A DNA stretch of 64,000 nucleotides. Source: Bdellovibrio sp. Its GTDB lineage: Bacteria; Bdellovibrionota; Bdellovibrionia; Bdellovibrionales; Bdellovibrionaceae. The position numbers and the translations under genes are program-made. Within the stretch, counting starts at the first letter, position 1; every line of letters begins with the position of its first letter. Shown piece after piece: positions 48,825 through 57,617 of this stretch. The stretch spans positions 576,001 to 640,000 of the forward strand of contig JAKFCY010000002.1 in NCBI GenBank assembly GCA_036676395.1, written 5' to 3'. Below the pieces are notes generated by a model. That model searched no databases. It saw only the letters and a list, made by a program, of their open reading frames with translations, and had not been told where the DNA came from.

Positions 48825-50198
48825 ATGGTTAGTATAATCATACCCACTTTAAATGAAGAAAAGCGCATAGCTGAAATTGTTCGTTTTTGTCTTAAATCAA
48901 AAGAAGTCGCCGAAGTGCTGGTCATTGATGATGGATCTATCGATAATACCCGCGAACTTGCGCAACAGGCAGGAGCAAAAGTTTTTTTTAGTTCAATGTT
49001 AGGAAAAGGAACTTCAATGCTTGATGGACTTTGGAAGGCCCAGACCGATACCGTGCTTTATCTAGACGGCGATATTTATAATTTTTCTGAAGATTTAATT
49101 TCTTTGATGACGGCTCCATTATTGGATAATCGCTGTGATTTCGTTAAAGGCCGATTTCACAGAACAGCAGGTCGTGTGACAGCATTAACGGCTAAGCCTT
49201 TAATAAAAGCTTTTTTTCCCGAGCTTGCAGAAATCGATCAACCACTGGGTGGAATAATTGCGGCGAAAAAAGATTTGCTTAAGAATATTAAATTTGAACC
49301 AGATTATGGTGTCGATATTGGTCTTCTGATCGATGTTTCTCAATTGGGTGCAAGAATCGAAGAGGTTGATATCGGCTCGCTTGAACATGATCATCAAACA
49401 CTTGATCAACTTGGCAATATGTCGGGCCAAATTGTTCGTGTCATTTTAGAAAGAGCTAATCGCTATAAAAAACTAGATATCACGCATTTAAAAGACACTT
49501 ATGAAATTCAGCGGGTTAACCAATTGCAGATGGAACCTATAATCAGTCGTATTGATCCGCAAAAGAAACTGGCTTTATTTGATATGGATGGAACCCTGGT
49601 CGAAGGACGTTATGTCGAACGCTTAGCCAAATATGTCGGTCGCGAAGAATTGCTTAAAAGATTATTGGATAATAAAAAATTAGATCCGATTTATCGCACC
49701 AAGATGATTGCTAAGGTGTTTTCTGGAGTTCAAAAAAGTATTTTCGAAAAAATTGCGCAAATTATTCCATTAGCCAGCAATGCGCAAAGTCTTGTGGTCG
49801 AGCTCAAAAAGCGTGGTTATACTGTAGGTATTGTCACTGACAGCTATTTCGTGGCGTCTGAAATTATTCGTAAAAGAGTATTCGCCGATTTTTCGGTAGC
49901 TCATCTTCTGGATTTTAAAAAAGGTGTTTTTTCAGGAGAAGTAAATATTTCGCCGTTATTTATCGGAGACGGATGTGCAAAACATGACTATTGTAAACTT
50001 AATCTGTTAGGGCATCTCGATCATTTTTATGACATGAAAAAATCACTTATTCACTATGCCGGTGACGGGCTAAACGATATCTGTATTATGGAAAAACTAA
50101 AAAACACTTGCGCCGTTCGACCAAAAGATCCGCTAGTTGAAGTGGCCGCGTCAGGAGTCGCTCAAGATCTAAAAGAGATTTTGGTGCGATGGAATTAG
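48825..50198 (+). CDS. GpgS-like GT-A glycosyltransferase fused to SerB-like HAD phosphatase
   Basis: IPTLNEE, GKG, DGD, GRVTALTAKPL, QPLGG, YGVDIGLLID; then FDMDGTL, IVTDS, K, GDGLND. Confidence 0.82.
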   Translation: MVSIIIPTLNEEKRIAEIVRFCLKSKEVAEVLVIDDGSIDNTRELAQQAGAKVFFSSMLGKGTSMLDGLWKAQTDTVLYLDGDIYNFSEDLISLMTAPLLDNRCDFVKGRFHRTAGRVTALTAKPLIKAFFPELAEIDQPLGGIIAAKKDLLKNIKFEPDYGVDIGLLIDVSQLGARIEEVDIGSLEHDHQTLDQLGNMSGQIVRVILERANRYKKLDITHLKDTYEIQRVNQLQMEPIISRIDPQKKLALFDMDGTLVEGRYVERLAKYVGREELLKRLLDNKKLDPIYRTKMIAKVFSGVQKSIFEKIAQIIPLASNAQSLVVELKKRGYTVGIVTDSYFVASEIIRKRVFADFSVAHLLDFKKGVFSGEVNISPLFIGDGCAKHDYCKLNLLGHLDHFYDMKKSLIHYAGDGLNDICIMEKLKNTCAVRPKDPLVEVAASGVAQDLKEILVRWN

Positions 50199-51484
50199 AG
50201 AAAAAATTTTTTGAAATTAGAAATCATTTTCTAAAGTTATTACCTTTTTGGCTAGCTGGTGCGATTACTGCTCTGGTTGCGACCAGCTACGCCAAAGTCT
50301 TTGCCTGGGCCGAACATTTATCGCTGCAGATTTATGAAAGAACGGGACTATGGTATTTATTAATTCCGCCAGTTTTTTTTGTCGCTTCTTGGCTTTTGGT
50401 TGAATTTTTTTCTTCCCGTGCAAATGGCAGCGGCATACCGCAACTCATGGTCGCTATCGAATTATCACAAAATAAAAAATATGAGTCGATTCCGAGTTTG
50501 CTGAGTTTAAGAATTATTATAGTAAAAATATTAAGTTCACTGTTGGGTGTTCTGGGGGGCGGCGCAATCGGGCGCGAGGGCCCAACATTACAAATTTCTG
50601 GCTCGATTTTTCAGATGTTTAATACTCGGTGGAGACTTTCTGAAATACAAAACCGGTCGGCCTTTCTTATGGCGGGTGCAGCTTCAGGATTAGCGTCAGC
50701 TTTTAATACGCCGCTCGGCGGAATCGTGTATGTCGTTGAAGAATTAGCTAAATCACATTTAAGTTCGTTTCGCACGGGCGTGCTTCATGCTGTTATTGTT
50801 GCCGGTATAATTTCGCAGATGATTATGGGGCCTTACCTATATTTTGGTTACCCCAAAATAGATTCTTTTAAGCTAGTCACGATACCTTATTACTTATTGG
50901 TGGCCTTATCTGCCGCAGTTATTGTTACGCTTTTTTCTGAAGCCTTAAAAACTATTGTCATTTTTCGAAGCCGTATTGTCAGCTTCAGAGGCAAGTTGAT
51001 TTTAACTGCACTATGCGGATTTTTTTTCGCGTTGGTCACTATTTATGTTTCGGTCAATACCCTGGGGCCAGGCAAAGAGCTGTTAAATCGTCTGCTTTTT
51101 TCAAGTCAGTCGGCCCAGTTTACGGATGTGATTGTTCGCTTTTTCGGAACTCTATTAACATATGCCAACGGCGGTGCCGGCGGTATTTTTGCGCCGACTT
51201 TAACTCTTGGTGGTACAGCAGCTGGTGCGTTTAATAGTTTACTCCAGTTTGATCTGGGGCCATTGGCAATACTTATCGGAATGACAGCAGGCCTTTCGGC
51301 ATTGACACATTCGCCACTGACTTCATTTATTTTAATTTTAGAGATGACTGACCGACAATCGGCTATCTTTCCGTTAATGTTAGCGGCAATTATAGGTCAT
51401 GGCTTTTCGAAACTGGTATCAAAACAAGCCTTTTACGAATTCGTCTGCGAACGAATAACTAGTAATGCCAAGGAAATTTATTAA
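50189..51484 (+). CDS. ClC family chloride/proton antiporter
   Basis: GSGIP, GREGP, FNTPLGGIVYVVEE, GGIFAP, C-terminal FY. Confidence 0.92.
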   Translation: MELEKKFFEIRNHFLKLLPFWLAGAITALVATSYAKVFAWAEHLSLQIYERTGLWYLLIPPVFFVASWLLVEFFSSRANGSGIPQLMVAIELSQNKKYESIPSLLSLRIIIVKILSSLLGVLGGGAIGREGPTLQISGSIFQMFNTRWRLSEIQNRSAFLMAGAASGLASAFNTPLGGIVYVVEELAKSHLSSFRTGVLHAVIVAGIISQMIMGPYLYFGYPKIDSFKLVTIPYYLLVALSAAVIVTLFSEALKTIVIFRSRIVSFRGKLILTALCGFFFALVTIYVSVNTLGPGKELLNRLLFSSQSAQFTDVIVRFFGTLLTYANGGAGGIFAPTLTLGGTAAGAFNSLLQFDLGPLAILIGMTAGLSALTHSPLTSFILILEMTDRQSAIFPLMLAAIIGHGFSKLVSKQAFYEFVCERITSNAKEIY

Positions 51485-52385
51485 AGTCGCGATCACGCTT
51501 TTGTAAAAAAGCATCGCGGCCTTCTTGAGCCTCATTAGTGCCATAAGCTAAACGAGTCGCTTCGCCGGCAAATAATTGCTGACCCACAAGGCCATCATCC
51601 GGCAAATTAAAACCGTATTTCAACATACGCATCGCTGTCGGAGATTTCGTATTCATCTCGGCAGCCCATTCTAACGCTACTTTTTCAAGATCAGCGTGCG
51701 GTACAACTTCGTTGACCATTCCCATATTGAAAGCGGCTTCGGCGTTGTAATTACGGCCTAAGAAGAATATTTCGCGCGCTTTTTTCTGACCTACTTGGCG
51801 AGCCAGATACGCCGAGCCGTAACCGGAATCAAAACTAGCTACGTCAGCATCGGTTTGCTTAAAGATCGCATGCTCTTTAGAAGCCATCGTTAAATCACAC
51901 ACCACATGTAATGAGTGGCCGCCACCAACAGCCCAGCCAGGAACCACTGCCATGACAACCTTTGGCATAAAACGGATCATGCGCTGAACTTCTAAAATAT
52001 GTAAACGGCCAAGCTTAGCTTGATTAACTTTATTCATTTCGCCAGTGCCGTTACTATCGTCACCTTCGAATTTGTAACCATCACGACCGCGAATGCGTTG
52101 ATCGCCACCAGAACAGAATGCCCAGCCACCATCTTTTGCTGAAGGGCCATTTCCTGTAATTAAAACCACTCCCACATCTGCAGAAATGCGCGCGTGCTCT
52201 AATGCCGTTAAAAGTTCATCAACCGTTTTTGGGCGAAATGCATTGCGCACTTCGGGTCTATTAAAGGCAACACGAACAGTGCCTTGATTTTTTGCTTTAT
52301 GGTAAGTGATGTCAGTGAAATCAAATCCAGCAACTTCGGTCCATTGAGTAGGGTCAAAAATATCAGAAACTTTTTTAGTGCTCAT
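51459..52385 (-). CDS. menB: 1,4-dihydroxy-2-naphthoyl-CoA synthase
   Basis: FNRPEVRNAFRP, FCSGGDQ, GGGHSLHVVCD, SFDSGYGS, EGRDAF. Confidence 0.95.
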   Translation of the reverse strand: MSTKKVSDIFDPTQWTEVAGFDFTDITYHKAKNQGTVRVAFNRPEVRNAFRPKTVDELLTALEHARISADVGVVLITGNGPSAKDGGWAFCSGGDQRIRGRDGYKFEGDDSNGTGEMNKVNQAKLGRLHILEVQRMIRFMPKVVMAVVPGWAVGGGHSLHVVCDLTMASKEHAIFKQTDADVASFDSGYGSAYLARQVGQKKAREIFFLGRNYNAEAAFNMGMVNEVVPHADLEKVALEWAAEMNTKSPTAMRMLKYGFNLPDDGLVGQQLFAGEATRLAYGTNEAQEGRDAFLQKRDRDFNKFPWHY

Positions 52386-52452
52386 AGCAGATTTTGTAGC
52401 ATTGACCGAGGCCAGTGTCTAATAGATGATAGCCCTATTCGAGGTAAAAAAT

Positions 52453-53514
52453 ATGGTTCATGATTTAAATCCATTTATATTTCGCATCACTGAAACCTTT
52501 GGCCCGCGCTGGTATGGTTTTTCTTACCTACTGGGTTTCTTATGTGCTTATTTGATTATCAGATGGCTTGTTGAAAGACAAAACACCGACTTTACAGCTG
52601 AAATGGTTTCTGACTTTGTCACCTACGCAGCTTTCGGAACTTTAATCGGTGGCCGTATTGGTTACTGTTTGTTCTACGACCAGTCGCTACTTTGGAGCTT
52701 TAGACCCTCGCTGCCTTTTTGGGGAGTGTTAGCCGTTAACGAAGGTGGGATGGCCAGTCACGGCGGTATCATCGGGATTATCGTTGCGTGTTTTTTATTT
52801 GCCAGAAAACATAATTTAAACCCGGTGTATTTGTTAGATGTGGTTTCAATCGTTGGGCCGATCGGTGTGTTATTTGGCCGTATCGCTAATTTCATCAACG
52901 GTGAATTAGTAGGCCGCGTGGCGCCGAAAGATTTTCCGTTAGGCGTGCGCTTTCCTTCAGATATTTTAAACTGGCCACAGTATGAGTACGATCGGTTGCC
53001 GACGTTAACTCCGGTGGTTGAAAAGTTGGGAATCAATCCAACACGTTGGTTAGAGATCGTTAAAGATTCTCAGGCCTCGAGTACAGCAAAAGATGAATTG
53101 TATAACACACTTTACACCATCATTAATAAAATCCAAAATGGCGATCATGCCTTACGTGATGTGATTGGTCCGATTTTAGATTACCGTTACCCATCACAAT
53201 TATTCGCAGCAGCGAGTGAAGGTTTATTTACATTTCTAGTTTTATTTTTCTTAGCCCGTAAATCACGCCGTCCGGGTGTCATCGCCGGAAGTTTTATCGT
53301 GTGTTACGCGATCGTGCGTATTGTAAATGAAATGTTTCGTGAGCCAGATATCCAACTTGGCTATCAAGCGCTTGGCCTTACGCGCGGCCAATGGCTAAGC
53401 GTAGGCATGTTTGCCTTTGGTGTATTTATGCTATTTTACTGGAGCCGCACACAAACCCAGGTCATTCACGGCTGGATGCGCGGTGAAAACGTAAAACTCG
53501 GTTCAAGAAAGTAA
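52453..53514 (+). CDS. lgt: Prolipoprotein diacylglyceryl transferase with an extended loop
   Basis: RWYG, GGRIGY, GGMASHGG, GRIANFINGEL.GR, YPSQL, FREPD; ATG at 52453 after GAGGT. Confidence 0.95.
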   Translation: MVHDLNPFIFRITETFGPRWYGFSYLLGFLCAYLIIRWLVERQNTDFTAEMVSDFVTYAAFGTLIGGRIGYCLFYDQSLLWSFRPSLPFWGVLAVNEGGMASHGGIIGIIVACFLFARKHNLNPVYLLDVVSIVGPIGVLFGRIANFINGELVGRVAPKDFPLGVRFPSDILNWPQYEYDRLPTLTPVVEKLGINPTRWLEIVKDSQASSTAKDELYNTLYTIINKIQNGDHALRDVIGPILDYRYPSQLFAAASEGLFTFLVLFFLARKSRRPGVIAGSFIVCYAIVRIVNEMFREPDIQLGYQALGLTRGQWLSVGMFAFGVFMLFYWSRTQTQVIHGWMRGENVKLGSRK

Positions 53515-53573
53515 TTGGGTGCCAGGCCGTCTTTCTGGTTGCGCCGCAGCCAGAAAGACGGCCTGGCACCCAA
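53515..53573. repeat. REP-like palindrome, copy 1
   Basis: Perfect 24-bp arms TTGGGTGCCAGGCCGTCTTTCTGG / CCAGAAAGACGGCCTGGCACCCAA with an 11-nt spacer. Confidence 0.9.
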
Positions 53574-53585
53574 AAAGGAAGCTGT

Positions 53586-55175
53586 ATGAAATTATTCGCT
53601 TTGTTGTTGTTTCCGTTATCTGTATTTGCGGCTCAAGCGCCTTTGCAAATTGGTATCATTCAGGAATGGGATAATATTCATCCGGTCAGCTATCAAACAG
53701 CAGCGACTGAATCGATTTTGCAATTCATGTTTCGTGATGTGGTTTACCGCGATGCCAGTGGTAAGATTTTACCAAACCTTGCAGTGAGTATTCCTAAACT
53801 TAAAAATAAACAAGCGACATGGACTTTCAATGATCAGGCTAAATGGTCTGACGGCACTGCGATCACTTGTGCTGACTGGCATTTGGGTTGGCAAGTCGGC
53901 CTTAGTGATAATGTTTCTAAGACTGAGAAAAATATTTATTCAAAAATCGCTAACATCACTTGGGATGCTAAAACTCCTAAAAAATGTGTTGTGACATACA
54001 CGACAGATGAGTGGACTTTTGATCGTGATCTTCCGCCGGTATTACCAAGCCATTTAGAAAAATCGATTTTTGAAACACAAAATACAAAAGTTGGTTCTTA
54101 CGAACAAAGTTCTAATTACATTAAAAATCCTACTTTAAAAGGTTTATATTCAGGGCCTTACCAAGTTGTTGAGTACAAAATCGGAAGCCATATTATTTTT
54201 GAAGAAAATCCTTTTTTCTTTGGTAAAAAGCCGGCGATTAAAAAAATCATACTTAAACACGTATCAAGCACGAGCACTTTAAAAAGTTATTTATTATCTA
54301 AAGAGATCAATGGCATTTCAGCAGTGGGATTTCCACCAGATTTAGCTTTGGATTTTGCAGCAGATGCATCTTTAAAAGATTTTAACGTGCATTTTAACAA
54401 CGGGCCGATTTTTCAAGGTTTGTTTTTAAATAACGAAGACGAACTTTTAAAAAATATTTATATTCGTGAAGCGCTTACGCATGCGATTAATAAAAAAGAA
54501 TTAACGAAAGCATTTTTAGGCGGAAAATTAAATCCGGCAGAAACAATCATTTCTGAAAATGATTTAGCCTTCAAACAAAAGCCAGCAAGTTATGATCCGA
54601 AAAAAGCTGATGCTATCTTAGAAAAAAACGGCTGGGTTAAAGATGCTTCAGGAATTCGCAAAAAAGATGGCAGACCATTAGAAATCGAATTTAAAACTTC
54701 TGCAGGGATTAAACTTTACGAAACATTACAAGTTTCGATCTGTGACCACTTCAAGCGTGTCGGTATTCTTTGTAAAATCAAAAATGAACCACCACGTATT
54801 TTGTTAGGTGATTCAGTGCCTAAAGGAAATTTCCAAATCGCACTATTTGGTAACACCACTTACCCAGATACTTCTCTTAAAGGTTTATACCATTCACAAG
54901 ATATTCCGTCTGATAAAAACGCTTGGGCAGGTGGAAACATTTTACGATTTAAATCAAAAGACATGGATGCGCTGTTAGAAAAATACGATAAAGAATGGTC
55001 GCAAGCAAAACGCGCGACCATGCTAATTAAGATCGACGAGATGTTAATTTCACAAAAAGCTGTGATTCCGATTTATCACCGCCGTGAAGCTTTAGTTTTA
55101 CCAAAGGCCTTATCTGGTGTTGAGCAAAGTGCGACTGGCACTGGTATGGCTAAACCTGAAAACTGGAAATTATAA
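53586..55175 (+). CDS. Peptide/nickel ABC transporter substrate-binding protein (SBP family 5), orphan
   Basis: P.LA.SIP, AKWSDG..IT..D, GPY, IREAL..AINK, L...GW....GIR.KDG. Confidence 0.88.
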   Translation: MKLFALLLFPLSVFAAQAPLQIGIIQEWDNIHPVSYQTAATESILQFMFRDVVYRDASGKILPNLAVSIPKLKNKQATWTFNDQAKWSDGTAITCADWHLGWQVGLSDNVSKTEKNIYSKIANITWDAKTPKKCVVTYTTDEWTFDRDLPPVLPSHLEKSIFETQNTKVGSYEQSSNYIKNPTLKGLYSGPYQVVEYKIGSHIIFEENPFFFGKKPAIKKIILKHVSSTSTLKSYLLSKEINGISAVGFPPDLALDFAADASLKDFNVHFNNGPIFQGLFLNNEDELLKNIYIREALTHAINKKELTKAFLGGKLNPAETIISENDLAFKQKPASYDPKKADAILEKNGWVKDASGIRKKDGRPLEIEFKTSAGIKLYETLQVSICDHFKRVGILCKIKNEPPRILLGDSVPKGNFQIALFGNTTYPDTSLKGLYHSQDIPSDKNAWAGGNILRFKSKDMDALLEKYDKEWSQAKRATMLIKIDEMLISQKAVIPIYHRREALVLPKALSGVEQSATGTGMAKPENWKL

Positions 55176-55177
55176 CA

Positions 55178-55231
55178 GGTGCCAGGCCCTGTTTCTTGTT
55201 GCACTGTGACCAGAAAGACGGCCTGGCACCC
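55178..55231. repeat. REP-like palindrome, copy 2 (degenerate left arm)
   Basis: 46 of 54 nt identical to 53518-53571; last 22 nt identical. Confidence 0.9.
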
Positions 55232-55232
55232 T

Positions 55233-56474
55233 TTAAAGCTTTAAACACTCTTCAAAGCTAGCGGGTTTTTCTTCGCCGGTTTTGAAGTCTTTGATTTTGT
55301 ACTCGATAGTTCCATCTTCTTGCTCAAACAATAAAACTGCTTTTTCAGTATTTAGCTTATTCGCACGTTCTAATTTCTTTTTGAAATTACCTGTCATAAA
55401 TACTTCGCAATATTTGTTTCTAGCGCGTAATGAGCTTGCGATTTTTAATCCTGACATTAAAGCTTTATCGCCTAAAGTGATAATCGCAACCGGAGTCGGA
55501 GCAGGCATTTGCAGAGACTGCATTAATTCGCAAAGATCGGCTAAGCGATCTACGCCTGAAGCCCAACCAACACCCGGAGTTTTTTGTCCACCCAGAGTTT
55601 CTGCTAAACCATCGTATCTGCCACCGGCTAGAACTGCACCTTGAGCACCAAGTTCAGTCGTTACAAATTCAAAAACGGTGTGGCAGTAGTAATCAAGGCC
55701 ACGCACTAATTTTGGATTGATTTGAAATGGAATTTTTAATTCAGCTAAACCATCAGTGACAGTTTGAAAAAACTTTTTTGAAGTCTCGCTTAGAAAAGCA
55801 TCCATCTTCGGAGCACCGGCAACGATTTTTTTATCGCCTTCATCTTTAGAATCTAAAATGCGCATCGGGTTTTTTTCTAAACGCACTTTTGAATCTTCAG
55901 AGAGTTGATCTTTTAACGGAGTTAAATACTGAACTAAGGCTTCGCGGTAAGCTTTACGGTCTTCTTGATCACCTAGAGTATTAATTTCTAAGACAACTTT
56001 TCCGCCGATGCCGATATCATTTAAGATTCTCCATGCAAGATCTAATACTTCGACGTCGGCTTGGGGGTTTTCTAAACCTAAAACTTCAACGCCGAATTGG
56101 TAAAACTGACGGTAACGACCTTTTTGCGGGCGTTCGTATCTGAACATCGGGCCATAATAGTAAAGTTTGTTTGGGTTGTGCTGAGCTAAACCTTCTGACA
56201 CATAAGCGCGAACTACTCCGGCAGTGCCTTCGGGGCGTAAAGTGATCGATTCGCCGCCGCGATCTGTGAAAGTGTAAGTCTCTTTGCTGACTGCATCTGA
56301 AGTTTCGCCTAAAGAGCGGTGAAAAACGTCAGAAAATTCAAAAATGGGAGTTTCAATCTCTTTAAAGCCATAATTTTGAGCAGCGCCGTAAGCTTTTGCT
56401 TCAATAGCTCTAAAGGTCTTTTTTAAAGCGGGTAATAAATCTCTCGTGCCGCGCACGCTTTGGTATTTACTCAT
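55233..56474 (-). CDS. hisS: Histidyl-tRNA synthetase
   Basis: [42 protein letters not shown] at 56474 preferred. Confidence 0.97.
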   Translation of the reverse strand: MSKYQSVRGTRDLLPALKKTFRAIEAKAYGAAQNYGFKEIETPIFEFSDVFHRSLGETSDAVSKETYTFTDRGGESITLRPEGTAGVVRAYVSEGLAQHNPNKLYYYGPMFRYERPQKGRYRQFYQFGVEVLGLENPQADVEVLDLAWRILNDIGIGGKVVLEINTLGDQEDRKAYREALVQYLTPLKDQLSEDSKVRLEKNPMRILDSKDEGDKKIVAGAPKMDAFLSETSKKFFQTVTDGLAELKIPFQINPKLVRGLDYYCHTVFEFVTTELGAQGAVLAGGRYDGLAETLGGQKTPGVGWASGVDRLADLCELMQSLQMPAPTPVAIITLGDKALMSGLKIASSLRARNKYCEVFMTGNFKKKLERANKLNTEKAVLLFEQEDGTIEYKIKDFKTGEEKPASFEECLKL

Positions 56475-56504
56475 AGATGTGATGAGCATATCTTAGTTGG
56501 CATT

Positions 56505-56948
56505 ATGATGAAATGGATTTTAGCAGGAATTTTTGCATTTTCTTTAGCTGTCGGTGGCGCGTTGTACTTTATGGATCGTGGAGCCGGTGGTTCTGCCACT
56601 GAAGTTGACTGGCGTGCGCTTGATCAAATGGATTATGTGAACAAAAAAGCTCCCCCTGAACTTGAAAAGTTAAATAAAACGCGCGTAAAAATCCCAGGCT
56701 TTATGGTTCCGCTTGAAGATAACCAACGAGCGGTGACTGAATTCTTGTTAGTGCCAAGTCCGCAAGCGTGTATTCACGTGCCGGCACCTCCGCCAAATCA
56801 AATGGTGTATGTGAAAATGAAAAAAGGTGTACCTGCTGCCGATGGACCAATCTGGGTTTACGGAGATTTTGAAATTACTTTAAAACAATCGCAATACGGT
56901 GAAGCGTCTTTTGAGCTTACCGGAGATTTCATCGAACAATACAAGTAG
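56505..56948 (+). CDS. DUF3299 family protein (ZrgD-like)
   Basis: IPGFMVPL, EFLLVP...ACIHVPAPPPNQMVYV, PIWVYG; ATG at 56505 preferred. Confidence 0.85.
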   Translation: MMKWILAGIFAFSLAVGGALYFMDRGAGGSATEVDWRALDQMDYVNKKAPPELEKLNKTRVKIPGFMVPLEDNQRAVTEFLLVPSPQACIHVPAPPPNQMVYVKMKKGVPAADGPIWVYGDFEITLKQSQYGEASFELTGDFIEQYK

Positions 56949-56956
56949 GTCGTCAC

Positions 56957-57616
56957 ATGTCAGCAGTTATCGAAATTAAAGATTTGTCGTTTTCCTACGG
57001 CGAAAAACCGATTTTACAGGTTCCGCATTTAACTATCGCTAAAAATGAAACAGTTTTTCTGTTTGGCCCAAGCGGCAGCGGGAAAACCACGCTTTTAGAA
57101 ATTTTAGCTGGCGTAATCACCGGTCAAAAGGGTGAAGTTGAAATGCTGGGGCAAAAAACTCAAACGATGAGTAGTCATGAGCGTGACCAGTTTCGTTCAA
57201 ACCACATTGGTTATATCTTTCAGCAATTTAATTTGATCCCTTACTTAACAGTAAAAGAAAATATTTTATTGCCGTTTACATTCAGTGGTAAAAAATTAAA
57301 TTCAGCTTTATTCGATAAAATTGTATCTGCCTTAGGTTTGACAGAATATTCAGACCAGCTAGCAAGCCAGTTATCAGTCGGTCAGCAGCAGCGTGTGGCG
57401 GCAGCGCGTGCGCTAATTATCGAGCCAGAAATTATTTTAGCCGATGAACCGACATCGGCTTTAGATTATGATCATCGCGAGAATTTTTTAAAAATTTTAT
57501 TCGCATTAGTTAAAGAGCAGGGTTCGACTTTAATTTTTGTAAGTCATGATCGTTCGATTCAAAATCTTTTTGATCGTCAGTTAAGCCTATCTGACGTGAA
57601 TGTGGTGAGATTTTAG
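56957..57616 (+). CDS. ABC transporter ATP-binding protein (LolD/MacB-like, ZrgB-like)
   Basis: GPSGSGKT, FQQFNL, LSVGQQQRVA, LADEPT, SHD. Confidence 0.93.
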   Translation: MSAVIEIKDLSFSYGEKPILQVPHLTIAKNETVFLFGPSGSGKTTLLEILAGVITGQKGEVEMLGQKTQTMSSHERDQFRSNHIGYIFQQFNLIPYLTVKENILLPFTFSGKKLNSALFDKIVSALGLTEYSDQLASQLSVGQQQRVAAARALIIEPEIILADEPTSALDYDHRENFLKILFALVKEQGSTLIFVSHDRSIQNLFDRQLSLSDVNVVRF

Positions 57617-57617
57617 T

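Noticed and set aside
53515..55231. Palindromes as integron attC sites or CRISPR repeats
   Set aside because: No RYYYAAC/GTTRRRY ends, no integrase or cas genes, only two copies 1.66 kb apart
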